A stretch of DNA of 64,000 nucleotides. It comes from Eledone cirrhosa. Lineage: Eukaryota. Positions 27,790-41,799 of this stretch are shown here, one piece after another. A program made the translations under genes and the position numbers. The stretch lies in assembly GCA_964016885.1 (NCBI GenBank), contig OZ024743.1, positions 101,122,001 through 101,186,000 of the forward strand. Reading direction: 5' to 3'. The number at the start of each line of letters is the position of its first letter. Positions within the stretch are counted from its first letter, which is position 1. The notes under the pieces were generated by a model. It had not been told where the DNA came from, did no database searches, and saw only the letters and a program-made list of their open reading frames with translations.

Positions 27790-29752
27790 CGACGACTATC
27801 AGATCTTCGCATCCGTTAGCAGGCCGGGAATGGGGGGTGGGGTGGCAGTGCTGTTTAGGAAATAACTGGATCTCGAGGTAAGGTCGATCTTCCGGGACCC
27901 GGACGGTAAGTTGATGGTCTTGGATGTGAGCAGTAGCGAAGGTGGTGCCTTTAGACTGCTGGCCGTCTACGCACCTACAGGGGCCGGACGACCGGACTTC
28001 TTTAGGCGCCTGAAGAGCTTTCTGGGTACGTCTCGCCCTTTACTGTTAGCGGGGGACTGGAATGGCATCTTAGACGCACGCTGGGATTGTGTGGGAGTAG
28101 CCGATAGGAGCGGGGGGGGGGGTGCAAAAGCCTCAAGCACCTACTCAGCTAGTTCCAACTGTCTGACAGGTATCGACTAGATTTCCCCTGTGCCAGTATG
28201 GACATGGACCAACCGAATGGGGTCATCTAGATCGTATATAGACAGCATCTTCATTAGGAAAATAGATAGAAATAGTGTGGGCTGCCCACTTTTTAAAACG
28301 GTCGCCTGTTCAGATCACAAATTTGTGATCTGTACGGTCGACCTAGATAAAACGCGTAGGTTAGGACCGGGTTACTGGAAGCTGAACATGTCATTTCCGG
28401 CACGTAAGGCTTACAGGGACCGAGTCAACAATTTAGTTAAGCAAAAGTTGACAGGGGGGGGGGTCATCAACAACAGATGGTGGGGGGCTCTCAAAAGAGA
28501 GATTAGAGTAACTTCGATAGAGTTCAACAAAGAACTAGCGTTAGAGAAAAATAGAAAGGAGGGGGAGCTGGTAGATAAGTTAGACGAGACTATTTGTAGT
28601 GGCATTGCAACTGAGGTTATAGCGGCGAGAATGACATTAGACCATTTCTTCAATGCCAAACACGAAGGTTGCATTGTCAGAGCTAAGGCGCGTGCGCTGA
28701 GAAACGAGGAAACTAAAGCTGTTCGATGGGCCCGCGTGGCGGAGGCGCAGCGTGGTAATAATACCACAATTCGGTCCTTGGCGGACCGAGACGGACACGA
28801 GATAAGCGATTCCAAGCGGATGTGTGAGGCCTTTCGCCAGCACTTTGCTCGGTTGTTCGGGGAGAGTGGCGAGTCAGAGAGAGTAGCGGATTTCAGTCCC
28901 TACCTTGACGGCTTGCCGCGCATCTCGACAGTCGACGCTGAGCGCGGCGAAGGGCCGATTACTTCAGCCGAAATTCAGGACGCCCTTGTCGGCTGCATGA
29001 GGCGCAAGTCACCCGGTTTGGATGGCCTGCCCTACGAGCTTTACGTAAATATGCCAGACTTCTTCTCCGAACTCCTCGAAGCACTCTACTGCAACTGGCA
29101 GCAGAATGGGAGTATTCCCAGTTCTGTGAGCAGGGGAATGGTGACGCTGATTAGGAAAGACGAGAACAAGAGGGATACATTAGACAACTTCAGGCCCATA
29201 ACTCTGCTCAACACAGAGTTTAAGATTTTGGCCAAGGTGTTAGCAAAGAGATTGGCGCTTGTCGTCGAGGATTTGGTGGGGAGGCGCAAACTTGTGCAAT
29301 CCCAGCCAGGTCCATACAACGACAATCTCCACCTCATGCGATACATCATAGAGAGGGTTGGGTGTAAACCTGGCTTCGGTGGGGCACTGATCAATTTAGA
29401 TCATTCAAAAGAATTCGATAGGGTCGACCATTCGGTATCTGGAGTTTGTCCTCAAAACAGCTGGCTTCGGCCCGGTCTTCAGAAGCTGGATCGTGCAATT
29501 CACAGTGGCACACGTTCGGTGGTCAAGGTTAATGGCCATCTCTCGGCTCTCCCGATCGGTCCGTCAAGGGTGCCCTCTCTCTTCCCTTCTGTACGTATTG
29601 ACTCTAGAGCCTTTACTGCGGAATCTGGAGATGTTGCAGGGCATCCCGCTCGAACCGGGACGTCGAAAGGCGGTGTACGGCTTATGCGGACAACATCACC
29701 GTGATGGTGTCGAACACCGCAGAAATCGAGGTGGTCGGCACCTTATTGAAAC
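27790..29752 (+). mobile_element. L1/Tx1-clade LINE ORF2 relic (APE endonuclease + RT)
   Basis: VYAPTG, LLAGDWN, WTW..SRSYIDSIF, SDHK, GPGYWKLN, KSPGLDGLPYE, NFRPITLLNTEFKILAKVLAKRL, RSVRQGCPLSSLLY; frameshifted. Confidence 0.93.
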
Positions 29753-30626
29753 ATGTGACAAAACTCAATGGTAAAATGAGGTCGACTTTTATTTAACATC
29801 AATATTTTGCTGATTTTCACCCAAATTCCAAATTCCAAATTCTAAATAAGGTGCCAAAATATTGTCGTTTTGGACGTAAATACTACACCGGTTTCACTAT
29901 GGAGGTGTGTATTACACCGTTTCACTATGGAGGGTGTATATTACACCGGTTTCACTTTCGTCGTGAAATTCGTATTTCTTTTTTATGCTTTAAAAGAATA
30001 TGTCCTCCTCCAAAACGAGCGGAAATTGGTGAAGATAAAAACATTACGTAATGGAGTTGTGAAACAAAAACCATTCTCTAAACCACACTTAAAACATTTT
30101 ATATATCAAAATAGTAAAATTTCATAAATATATTTCCCCTCTTTCTAAACATAATGTGTTGATTACCTGCCTTGGCTTATAAACGGGCTTTGGACATGTG
30201 TCAGACATAAAATAGGGGTCAGTTTATATTCGGCAGTTACTGGGCTAGTGGGTTTCTTGGAATCCTAGTATAAGCTGCTACTTGGTGAGGGTATCATGCT
30301 ACTGGTGGTAATGGTGGTGGTCATGGTAGAGGCGGTGGTGGTGGTGGTGATGGTGGTGGTGGGTGGTGTGGAGGTGGTGGTGGACTGTCTGTGACATTAG
30401 ATGCCAACATGGATAAACAGCATGAGTGGGAATCTCCTTATCATCCACGGCCTCAGTCACCATCTCTATTTACTGCTACCTACGCCACACGCCAATACTA
30501 CCACTAAAAGTAAATATAGCAATATATGCCAAGTAAACAACTATACCAACTATATGAAGAAGAGAATAACAACCACAAATAGTAACAAAGAAGCATGTCA
30601 AAGCATGCATAGTTTTACATGTGTGT

Positions 30627-30662
<36 letters not shown>

Positions 30663-30669
<7 letters not shown>

Positions 30670-31505
30670 ACATAAGTGTTTGCATTGCAAAAGACTAAGT
30701 CAGCTAGAATGAAATAAACTAATTAAAATAAATATAGTTTGTCTGTCTCGATATAAATCAATAAAAACAACCTTATATTGGCAAAAGCCGTGATTCCTGG
30801 ACAAATTCAAATTTCAAAGTCCAAACCTGCTCCGTAGATGAATTTGAACCTCAAAACTTAAATATGTTTCGCAATGATGGTATAAAAAGTGAAATATTCA
30901 ATCTTCTGTGCTTATCAACAGGAATCCAGAGAAATTAAAAACATTTCACCTCCAAATGACTGTTTAAAACTCTAAATATAATACGGCTCCTTACGTGTTG
31001 AGCTAATTTTTAATCCCATATAAACGGCTGTTATTTCTATCACTGTGAGTATGGGATAGCTAGATAGCTGGTTGTACCTCGTGCGTTTGTACTGGTTAAC
31101 CAGCCCTACAAAATTTTTGGAGGTGAAATGTTTTAATTTCTCTGGATTCCTGTTGATAAGCACAGAAGATTGAATATTTCATTTTTTATACCATCATTGC
31201 GAAACATATTTAAGTTTTGAGGTTCAAATTCATCTACGGAGCAGGTTTGGACTTTGAAATTTGAATTTGTCCAGGAATCACGGCTTTTTGCCAATATAAG
31301 CTTGTTTTTATTGATTTATATCGAGACTGACAAACTATATTTATTTTAATTAGTTTATTTCATTCTAGCTGACTTAGTCTTTTGCAATGCAAACACTTAT
31401 GTGTTTATAATATATCAATTTATATTAACTTGTATTTCACGGCTCAGAAATGCTTCTTTCTTTGAGCTAATTAATTGTAAATGACTTTTTAAAACTCTAA
31501 ATATA
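30663..31505 (+). mobile_element. (TA)n-flanked non-coding fold-back element: ~295-bp inverted arms (30663-30956 / 31116-31409) plus ~95-bp tail
   Basis: Arms are near-perfect reverse complements; each contains a hammerhead motif. Confidence 0.85.
31145..31279 (+). ncRNA. Type I hammerhead, U3-A8 core, enlarged stems II and III (mirror copy 30792-30926, minus)
   Basis: gattcctg-TTGATAA-gca..tgc-GAAA-ca..(ttcaaatt/aatttgaa hairpin)..tg-TC-caggaatc; 8-bp stem I, GUC triplet. Confidence 0.75.
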
Positions 31506-31506
31506 T

Positions 31507-31543
<37 letters not shown>

Positions 31544-31698
31544 TATATTATGTGTTTGTATGTGTGTGTGTGTATGCATGGAGCCGTACATCCTGATGGA
31601 GTCGCAGAGGCGCCTTAGTGACATTTTAAACCTAACGGAACCTATCCCTTGTCTACGTATCAACACAACCGATTTCTTCCAGAAAACGAAACTGTGTC

Positions 31699-31923
<225 letters not shown>

Positions 31924-33007
31924 CCATGTACATTATATATATGTATATATATATATATTTATTTATTTATATTATGGCTCAGTGATGAGCCCTGTTATTC
32001 TGGAATCTTATCTAATGATAATGATCCTGGGAGTACACAGAAGCGGCCGAAATGGGGTTCCTCCGATGGGTCTTTGGAGTGACGTTACTCGATAGAGTGC
32101 GTAGCTCGGAAATCAGAGAGTCACTCCAGGTAGAGCCGCTACTTCTACACTGTTTGCTACAACAGTAAACTCGTAACGTTGCTTGCTCAAAGAATTAGCT
32201 TCTGAAGAAGGATGTGCTCTGTCAGACGTGAAATTATCAAGACCGCGCCCCTACGACTCTATCAGGAGTTAAGCGCCCTTTATTTTTACCTTTAAGGTTA
32301 TATCACTCCTGTATAATATCTTGACTAGAATCATGTTCGAATGTATTATTTAAGTCATCTCGCCACTCAGTGTTCAGCCACGAAAATACTATATCTTCTC
32401 TAGTCGCTCGAAGATCCATCATTGTAGATCATGGGTCCTTGATGAGGTGAAATATAGCTGAATCAGATCCAGAGTTGTCAGTGTCCTGCCAAAAGAAAAA
32501 AATCAATCACTCTCCTAACTGTATATTCAATTAAATTGAATTAATTAGTCTTGCTAACTCAGTAAAATATGTTTTATTGAAGATTTTTCTAATAAGACCG
32601 AACATGTCCGTTCCTCTCACCAGTTGGCTTTCGAAACAAGATTCACATCCAATCCCATCTACATCATCTTTATTTTGTAAAACGCCGATTCTTCTTTACA
32701 GAGTTATCTACCTTGTAAGCTGGTTTTTAAATATTAAACCCCAACCCCAGAGGGAGATTTTGTCTATTGACTGCATGGATAACATAGTACTGATATTTTT
32801 ATACTTACTATATTACATATGTGTAGAAGCGGACGGGGTGTTAAACCCGGCCCTGGCGACTGCTAACAACTGAAACATATATATATAAGAATAACATTAA
32901 GAAAGATGTGTTTACATAAAGCGTTTATTCATTATAATTATTTCTATGGCGGCCCATATGTAGTCAAGGTGCAGTACTTGCATCTGTTGCTGGTACGGGT
33001 GCGATGT

Positions 33008-33073
<66 letters not shown>

Positions 33074-33274
33074 TGTGTATATGTGTGTGTGTACAAAGAG
33101 AGAGAGAGAGGGGGGAGGGGTGCCAGAAATAAAAACAAATGGCTGGAATATTGAGTCTATTTCTCTACATTTCAGAATTAGAAGACTTTAGTAGAAATGA
33201 AGGTGAAAATGGCGCCCAAAATAGAAAATATTGATGGGTGATATAAAGAAACTAAATAAGATGTATAATGAATG

Positions 33275-33495
33275 AAGGAAGGAAAGAAAGAAGGAAGGAA
33301 AGAAGGAAAGAAATAAGGAAAGAAGGAAAGAAAGAAGGAAAGAAAGAAGGAAAGAAAGAAGGAAGGAAAGAAAGAAGGAAAGAAGGAAAGAAAGAAGGAA
33401 GGAAAGAAAGAAAGAATGAAGGAAAGAAAACAGGAATGAAGTAAAGAAAGACAGAAGGAAGTAAAGAAAGAAGGAAAGAAAGAAAGAAGGAAAGA
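33275..33495. repeat. (GAAA/GGAA)n purine tract
   Basis: Direct inspection. Confidence 0.9.
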
Positions 33496-33635
33496 TAGAG
33501 AGAATTGGTTGGTTATGGAAGAATAATTTTAAATGTTGGTTCGTAGTTCAGGATGTCCTCCAAAACTACTCAATTTTGTGTGTGTGTGTATTATGTGTGT
33601 ATTATGTGTGTATTATGTGTGTATATATATGTATA

Positions 33636-33702
<67 letters not shown>

Positions 33703-34179
33703 TTATTTACATGTCTGACTGTGATGATTTTATGTGTATATGTAAAAATGAGGAGCAGCTCTCAAGCATATCGTGTAAAAACATGATTATAACTCATTTA
33801 AAAAACAAATTCCGTAAAACTTTTGTGTGTCTACGGATATTATTTTATTTTGTACTGTAAAATCATCTAAAATGTCTACATTTCAAGACTTATTTATAAA
33901 AGTCATATATGTGTATTAATGTGCTTTATCTTGTTTGAATGCATTCCGGCAGTTAATTATGCGTGGCCTAATCTGACCTCAATAGGCTGCTTCATCAATA
34001 GATATATAAAAAATCATATGAGAGGCTGTTGTAAAGACTCAACTGTCGAATTCAGTCTCCGTTACCAATATGTTAAAAGCACGAGTTAAATAAAATCAAA
34101 ATGGATTCTTCAATCTTTCTGCGCTGAGTATTTTTTGAAATTATTTTTGCGTGTTCTTCCATTTAGATTTATATAGAAC

Positions 34180-35360
34180 GCTCTAATATAATTTCTACTT
34201 TGTGATGTGCCTTGTCTTATTGAGATGGCTCTTGGTGTCAATGCCTGCTCCTCGCTTGACAACACTGCCAAAATATATGAACTCTTCTGTTGTGAGCAGA
34301 TAAACTCAACATACTGATACTGGTGATGGGTCTTGGTTATTGTCATTGTTATTACTTCTACTCTCAGGTCTTGAATACCCCCCTCCCACTTCCGGTTATT
34401 AATCCCCCCCCCCCCTTCGCCCGCTTATTAACATTTGCTAATCTGTCTCCGGCGAAATTATATTATAAGTGATTCATATTGATACAGCAGCTGGAAAATC
34501 TAATAGAATTTTATTTTACATTTAAAAAAAACCCCCTTATATATGACATAAAGAACATTACAAGAAATCCCATATTTACGAACGTACCCTAAACAATTAC
34601 CGACCCCCCCCCCCTCTCCGCTTATAAGAAACAAAGCACATGTCCAACACCCGTTTATTCCAACCCCCTTATAATTTGGGACCTGAGAGTATTTTCTTCT
34701 GGCTACCAAATTCCTGATCCAAAAGGAGTTCTCCTGCATATCCTGGTCATCTGTGTAGTCAAGATCTTCCTTTAGTGAGAATAGAATCCTTAGGATGTAT
34801 CTTGAGCTTCGATTGTCGCATTACCAGAGCATCGCTCACATCATGTATTCTTACTTCGCTCTAGTCTTTACTTCGAAACTGTGATCACAATTAGTTTTAA
34901 TATAAAGTTAGCATTATATATCTCGAAAAGGACAATCTGTTGTGAAATCCCATATGACGAAGTTTGTACTATAGGGTGTCCATATGGATACTGTCAAAGG
35001 CTTTCGTGAATGTCGTGAAGTTGATGTATAGCTGTCTCTGCCGTTCTGAGAACTAATCGACAGTGTTGTACAGGGTGAATATTTTATTAGAGCATTCATT
35101 TCTCACTCAAAAGCCTACCCGTCCTTCAGTTCTTTGTCTACTGCACCAGAGATTTCTTGAATGATGAACTTGACAAAGATTTTGGTTACAAATGATAAAG
35201 GGCTATTAGATTCCAGTTTTTCTTTTGGCATTTTTACTGCTGTACCCTTTGTCTAGTCACCAGAAACTTTGTTCTCCTACATGGCTGTAAAAAGTAGCGA
35301 AAGTATCTTAGGTCTGATTTGAACAACTTTTAGCTGCTTCTGGGTGTTTTCCTATATAAC
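34180..35360 (-). mobile_element. Highly decayed RTE-like LINE RT fragment, interrupted by a MITE
   Basis: Manual minus-strand translation gives IFTL..QLYINFTTFTKAFDSIH, EDLDYTDD, TEEFIYFGSVV. Confidence 0.7.
34359..34691. mobile_element. MITE with TA target duplication (Tc1/mariner/pogo-type)
   Basis: ta-ctctcaggtc ... gacctgagag-ta termini, non-coding interior. Confidence 0.7.
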
Positions 35361-35419
35361 TATTTATTTTATATTTGTTTCTTCCCGCATGTTTTATTCT
35401 TTCCCAGTAAACCTCCGAG

Positions 35420-35660
35420 CATTAGTTTAACTCTTTTAGATTAGCGTTCTCTTTTAACCTTCTAGCATTAGTTTAGCCTGCTAGCATTAGTTTAGCCTTC
35501 TAGCATTAGTTTAACCTTCTAGCATTAGTTTAGCCTGCTAGCATTAGTTTAACCTGCTAGCATTAGCATTAGTTTAACCTCCTAGCATTAGTTTAACTCT
35601 TAGTTTAGCGTCCTATTTTAGATTAGCGCCCTCTTTTAACCTTCTAGCATTAGTTTAGCC
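35420..35660. repeat. Minisatellite, ~18-19-bp unit TAGCATTAGTTTA(A/G)CCT(T/G)C
   Basis: About 8 tandem degenerate copies. Confidence 0.85.
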
Positions 35661-36407
35661 TTCTCTCTAAGTTTAACCTTGTAGTATTTGTTTAGTCTCC
35701 CTTTTGTGGTCTATCCTTCTCTTTTAGCTTAATCTCAGTTTAAACTTGTAGCATTAGTTGACCCTTCTTTTCTAGTTCAAGATTCTCTTTAATTTGATCC
35801 TCTCCTTTACTTTAGCCTTCTCTGTTAGTTTAAGCCTCATCTTTAGTTCCAACTTCTAGCTTTAGTTCAATTGTAACAACGAAATGTTATGTGCACTTCC
35901 ACCATTATTCCAGATACATCCAACATATCCAAACACCAAAATATTGTCTTTATCACTTTATCGTACTTGTTCCGTTGATTGCTTCTTCTTTGTACTTCTC
36001 AAACTACTGCAGCTACGATGTCCAATTTTATTTTAATATCAACAATTAATCTCTTACTTCTATGGCGGTTTCTCTTGTGTAGCAGAGGATAGAATCGTGA
36101 GATATATCTCGTTTTCTCTTCCTTTCTTCTCTTCTTTCCCCTCACAGTAATTTATATTTATTAAAACCACAGTTAATAAATTGTAATAAAATTTAATAAA
36201 ATGATATTCATTTATACTATGTTCGATCACAGATATGGATTAAATGAATTTAATTTTATTAAAATAAATGTGGATTTTATAAACACTACAAAGTTACTAT
36301 GGAAAAAACGAAAAAAAAATAATAATAATAAATAAATGAAATATATCACCCGATTCTCTCCTTTGCTAACCAGGAGAAACCCTCGTAATTTGAAAGTACA
36401 GATGTTG

Positions 36408-36680
36408 GTAAACCTCCACCGTTTCTAACGACGAGTGTTCCACTTGTTTGACCAACGGAACACCCAGCTCGTAAAGTAAACGTGTAAATGGCTGAGAGAC
36501 ACGTGTACCTCAGCGTAGTACAGTGTGTGACAGGGCTGGCTCTTTCAATTACAACTACAATCTATTTTGCCAGATAAGTGGACTGGAGCAAAGTAAAATA
36601 AAATGTCTTGGTCAAGGACACAATGTGTCACCGAACATCGGGCTGGTGATCCAAACGCCTTAACCACTAAGCCACGCACT
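36408..36680 (-). mobile_element. SINE family B (tRNA head, longer body), degenerate
   Basis: Shares gtggcttagtggttaag head and ...gttgatcgaacaac..cgtcg..accg.cggagg 3' region with copies at ~39100-39357(+), ~41315-41680(+), ~49292-49460(+), ~56612-56925(-). Confidence 0.65.
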
Positions 36681-36986
36681 TCAACGAAGGTATCACTACA
36701 GGGGATCTCAACAACCAAAATATTATGTCCACACGTTTTGTAACTGACCCAACCCAATCCCACCCACAAGGCATTGATCAAGGCTATAGTGGTATACACT
36801 TATCGAAGACGTTAGGTAATCGAACTGAACCTGAAACCACGTGACCACAAAAAAGAAAAAAATAATAAACATTAATTCCATGTAAAACAAAAATACGGAA
36901 ATACTTATAATTATACAAGATAAAGAAAATAAAACTAAAGAAGAAAGCGATGAGAAATATTGAACAATAACTATAGAAGAAGGATT

Positions 36987-37272
36987 TGAGTAGTGGGGGG
37001 AGGGAATTACGAGTGAGTGGAGTCGTGGGGGGAGGGAATTACGAGTAAGTGGAGTAGTGGGGGGATGGAATTACGAGTGAGTGGAGTAGTGGGGGAAGGG
37101 AATTACGAGTGAGTGGAGTAGTGGGGGAGGGAATTACGAGTTAGTGGAGTAGTGTGGGAAGGGAATTACGAGTGAGTGGAGTAGTGGGGGGAGGGAATTA
37201 CGAGTGAGTGGAGTAGTGGGGGAAGGGAATTACGAGTGAGTGGAGTAGTGGGGAAGGAATTACGAGTGAGTG
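36987..37272. repeat. G-rich minisatellite, ~30-31-bp unit GGGAATTACGAGTGAGTGGAGTAGTGGGGGA
   Basis: About 9 tandem copies. Confidence 0.92.
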
Positions 37273-38030
37273 ACTTAAATGTTCCAGAATATGAAAGAAA
37301 ACACAAAAGGAGGATCTTAGAAATGTTTGAAATAATGATTATATATTAGAGGAAGAGGAAGAGGAGGAGACTGAGAAGGGGGGAGGAGGAGGAGAAGACG
37401 TAGAAGGAGGAGGAAGAAAAGAAGGAGGAGAAGGGGAGGAGGAGAAGACTGAGGAGGAGGAGAAGACGTAGAAGGAGGAGGAAGAGGAGAAGGAGGAGAA
37501 GACTGAGAAGGAGGAGGAAGAGATATGGAGGAGGGGATGTAGAGGTGGACAAGAAGAAAGAGGCAGAGGATATGTTATGCAAACGTAAATGAAAATACAA
37601 AATAAAATAAAATAATAAAGGGAGGATTGAAAACATTAAAGAAGAAATTTGATGAAAAAAAAAAGTAAATGAAATGAAAAAAATGGCTAAAAGAGAAATA
37701 TATAAATTGTTTGAAGGGATCTGTTTTATGATAAAGATGAAAGATGGCCCTTCCTATATTGAAGATCTTAAGAAAACAATTATTATCCATTGGAAGTCAA
37801 CCGAATACACACACACACACACACAATCCCAGCGAGTGCAATTCCTACGCTGTCTCTGTACTATATTGTTCACAGGAAGTACTCTGTGTTTGTTGCTCGA
37901 TATAACGGACTGACCCTTCTACGAGGTCACTTAACACTTAACATCCTGTATCTCTAGAAACCGCATTATTAACATGACGTCCTTGAAAAGTACAAACATT
38001 ACGTATAACTGCATCACATTAAATATTAAA

Positions 38031-38395
38031 GGGCGGTGGTTTGGCAGTCAGACACTATGCTTTGCAGCATAGTTATGGCCCTTTGCGTTCTGAGTTCAAA
38101 TCCGCCGAGGTTAACCTTGCCTTTCATCCTTACGAGGTCGATAAAATAAAGTACTAGTGATGCACTGGGGTAATCGCTGGCCTTGTTCCAAAAGTAGAAA
38201 CTCTTGGGCGGTGGATTGGCAGTATCGGTAAAGAGTCGGCCGCCATGCTTTGCAGCAAAAAGTTACGGCCCTTTATGGTCGAGTTCAAATCCCGCCGAGC
38301 TTAACTTTGCCTTTCATCCTTACGGGGTCGATAAAATAAAGTACCAGTAATACACTGAGATAATTGCTGGCCTTGTGCCAAAAGTAGAAATAATT
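38031..38395 (+). mobile_element. Head-to-tail dimer of SINE family A within one 14-bp TSD
   Basis: Copies at 38031-38200 and 38206-38395; attaaatattaaag at 38018-38031 and 38393-38406. Confidence 0.88.
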
Positions 38396-38473
38396 AAATA
38401 TTAAAGTCTTTAGTTTACTGAAAATGTTCACAATGATCTCTCCATTAGTAAAAGATATTAAACATACATACGT

Positions 38474-38780
38474 AAGGACCCGTAACTCTTGATGGAGACG
38501 TAGAGGCACCGTTGTGATATCTGTCTTGGCCATTTAAAACCCCTGGAGCTCATCCCCTCTCCGGGGCTGGAACACAACCGATTTCTTCCAGAGAAGAAGA
38601 TATATATATATATAGAGAGAGAGAAACGAACCAGTCCTAGACTAGTATTTTCTTTTTTCGATCGCGAAAAGATGTAAGGTAAAGCTGATTTTTGCGGGAT
38701 TTGAACTCAGAGAGTGCAGAGAACAGGAAGGATCACCACAAACCATTCTATCCGACGTTCTAGCGTCTCTACCAATTTGT
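38474..38780 (-). mobile_element. SINE family C (A-like head with longer 3' tail), degenerate
   Basis: Similar to 58450-58781: B-box, then ttcttccagaga..aaaacc..gacccgtaactc tail. Confidence 0.65.
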
Positions 38781-39099
38781 GCTACACTAATATACATTTG
38801 AATTTAGCCCGTTTTGAGACATTTTCTACTAAATCACTCTAAGTAAGGACCCGTAACTCCTGGAGTCGTATGGGCACCATATTGACATGCGGCGTTTCTT
38901 GGCCTTTTAAAAACTCGACGCAGCCCAAACGACTACACCAAGTGTTAAAGACCCAATGAGGGGTGGGAAGAAAGGTATAATAAACCTCTGTACGTTGGGA
39001 ACCCGGAATACCAAAGTATATATTTAGATACTGCACGACATCTTGTCATCAATTTGGCAGCTCCATTATAATTTCTAACTTTTAACACACGACTGTGAA

Positions 39100-39357
39100 G
39101 GCTTAGTTAAGTGTGTTCGACTAACGATCGTAAAATAATGAGTTCGATTCCCAGTTTTATTTCACGTTCATCCAGTCTTAGTCGACCCAAGCATTTTTAA
39201 TGAAATTGGGTAGATTGAATCTGTGTGAAGGCCCATCGAATAGATTCAAATGTGCAGGGAATTAAGTTAAGGATACACGTGCCTGTGGAATACTCAACCA
39301 CTGGACGTTCAGTTGATCGAACAACTAAATGCTCATCGTCGAAAACCGCGGAGGATC
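39100..39357 (+). mobile_element. SINE family B
   Basis: ggcttagttaag..gagttcgattcc head; 3' region shared with 36408-36680. Confidence 0.6.
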
Positions 39358-39780
39358 CGTGATTATATTGCCAATAAAGAAGACGAATCAACACCAGTTT
39401 TGGACAAGATAACTTGTTCATTCATCTATTACTGCTACTCCCCAAAACGCTAATGCTTAACTTTAACATAAGATGTGTTGTTAAAGAAAATAACAAAAAT
39501 AAATGATAAAAACAACAAAAACAATTCATCCCTCCTCACTAAAAACAACAACAAACAATCAACAAAGAAAATGGCGAAGAGGAGAAAGAGATTCCTTTCT
39601 CTTCAGGTTTTAAGAGTGTTAATATTGATTTGCCTTATCTCAGCTATGGAAAATTTCATGAAATAATGATAGAAAAAATACTAGAAAGTTAATTTGTGTG
39701 TATCTCTATATATACAAATTAACTTTCTAGTATATATATATATATACACGCAATATAAGTATATAAGTATATAAGTATAA

Positions 39781-39852
<72 letters not shown>

Positions 39853-40236
39853 ATGTGTGTGTGTCCGTGTGTGTGCGTGCGTGTGTGTGTGTGTGTAGGG
39901 CAATACACATACATTTTTACCAAATAACGTAGACCATTTTAGATTACGATCGCAACTATTCCGCAGCAAATGTATTTAATTTTGAATGTGAACAAAAGAA
40001 ACCGTAGATAAAATAATACACATAATACTCTACTTTGCTTTGATCTGGTGCAATGAAGCGACTTTTGCCCCAGACAATGCTTCTGATCAAAACATAAGTA
40101 TTAAAAAGCACGGTACAATACATTACATTATATTACAATACATTACAATACATTGTAAGACAGTACGATACCAACACAGCATAGAACACGGCGCTCGTAA
40201 TACAAAATAGAGTAAGATAAATAACAGAGAACATAC

Positions 40237-40337
<101 letters not shown>

Positions 40338-41314
40338 CGTGCGTGTGCGTGTGTGTGCCTGCGCGGGCGCGTGTGTACGTGTGTGTATGTATGGGTATGT
40401 ACATATGTGTGTGTAGATAATTAGATCTTAATGATGCCATACATTCATTCACTTTGGCCAGGTGGTTTAATGTCAATAGTGTCCAACATTCATTGGGTGT
40501 TTAAACCCTGAGCCGTTTTTGTTTGGATCTTTTTCCTTTTTACTACATTAGATATATAGTTTAGTAGTAAGATTTCCTTTTAATGGAAAAAACAAGAGCC
40601 GATACTCAGATCTGACTAAAGAAACAATATTTCCATTGGTCTTTCCATTGCTGATAGTATTCACTGCTCCTATCTCCTTCTCTTTCTCTCACACTTGATA
40701 CGATCTGTCAGTCACAACTATTAGAAGGCGGCAGGATGGGGACTCAGGACGCTCAGAACTGGATCAGAACCCGCAATGCATCATGTCCGGTTCAATTTCG
40801 CTAATCTCCTGTCTCAGAGTGCAATAAGCCTGCATAAGCACCGAAGCCCTAACATCTCGTTCACTTCGCCGCCTTATGCAAATGAGTTATACTCAGTGTC
40901 GGATTTAGGATAACTGAGGCCTAGTGCTAGTTATGTTATGAGGTCGCTTACGGAGGTAGGCCCTGAAGGAGGTAGGCTCGGTAAAAAAAAAATTACACAC
41001 CGTATCACACTGAATCTCTCTAAGAATTACATTAAGGTTACATGATCTGTCGAATGCTCAGGCACTTGCATATTAATTTCATGAGCCGACCGTTCGTTAT
41101 TCGAACAACTTGAACACTCATCGTCGACACCGACGTTGTTCCAACAACATATTTGTAGTCAGTAACTGTTGAACGTTGTCATAAGCGACCACCGTAACTG
41201 TGCTGTTAATAAAACAAAACAAACAAAAAATGACTTATCAATCAAAACATTTTACAGGAGACCATTGTTTATCGCGACAACTGTCTTCTTGTCTGCTATA
41301 TATTCATGGATGAG

Positions 41315-41680
41315 TGGTTAAACAGTTAGCTTTGCAATGAAGGGGTTACGGGTTCGATACCACTGCATAGCATTTTGGCTAAGTACTTTACTTTACCATG
41401 GCCTCGGGTCGAACCAAACGTTGTGAGTGAAACAGGGAAAACAGAAACTGTTTGGAAGATTGTCGAATGGATTGCACTTGTATGGAAGCACGGATTGTAT
41501 CTAATTCAAAGGTCCAGCTTTGTCTTATCACATATTGTAACACACTTGATTTGGCTTAAGAATTACGTTCAGAGTACACGTGTTTGTGGAATTCTCATCC
41601 ACTTACATGTTATTAATTAACGAGTGGGACATTGAGTTGATTGAACAAATGGATCCTCGTCGCCGACAGAGAATCCATCC
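41315..41680 (+). mobile_element. SINE family B
   Basis: gagtggttaaa..gggttcgatacc head and shared body. Confidence 0.6.
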
Positions 41681-41799
41681 TTATAATGATCGTCAACATA
41701 TTCAAAACTTACAATTTACAATCTCCTTCTGGAGAGTGTAAAATAAATACCAGCTCGAATAAAAGGCAGGAAAGACTCTTATACTCAGTTAATTACTCC

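Noticed and set aside
32198-32241. ctt-CTGAAGA..GAAA-tta-TC-aag hammerhead-like string
   Set aside because: Stem II does not pair convincingly and stem I is only 3 bp; could be a decayed copy or chance.
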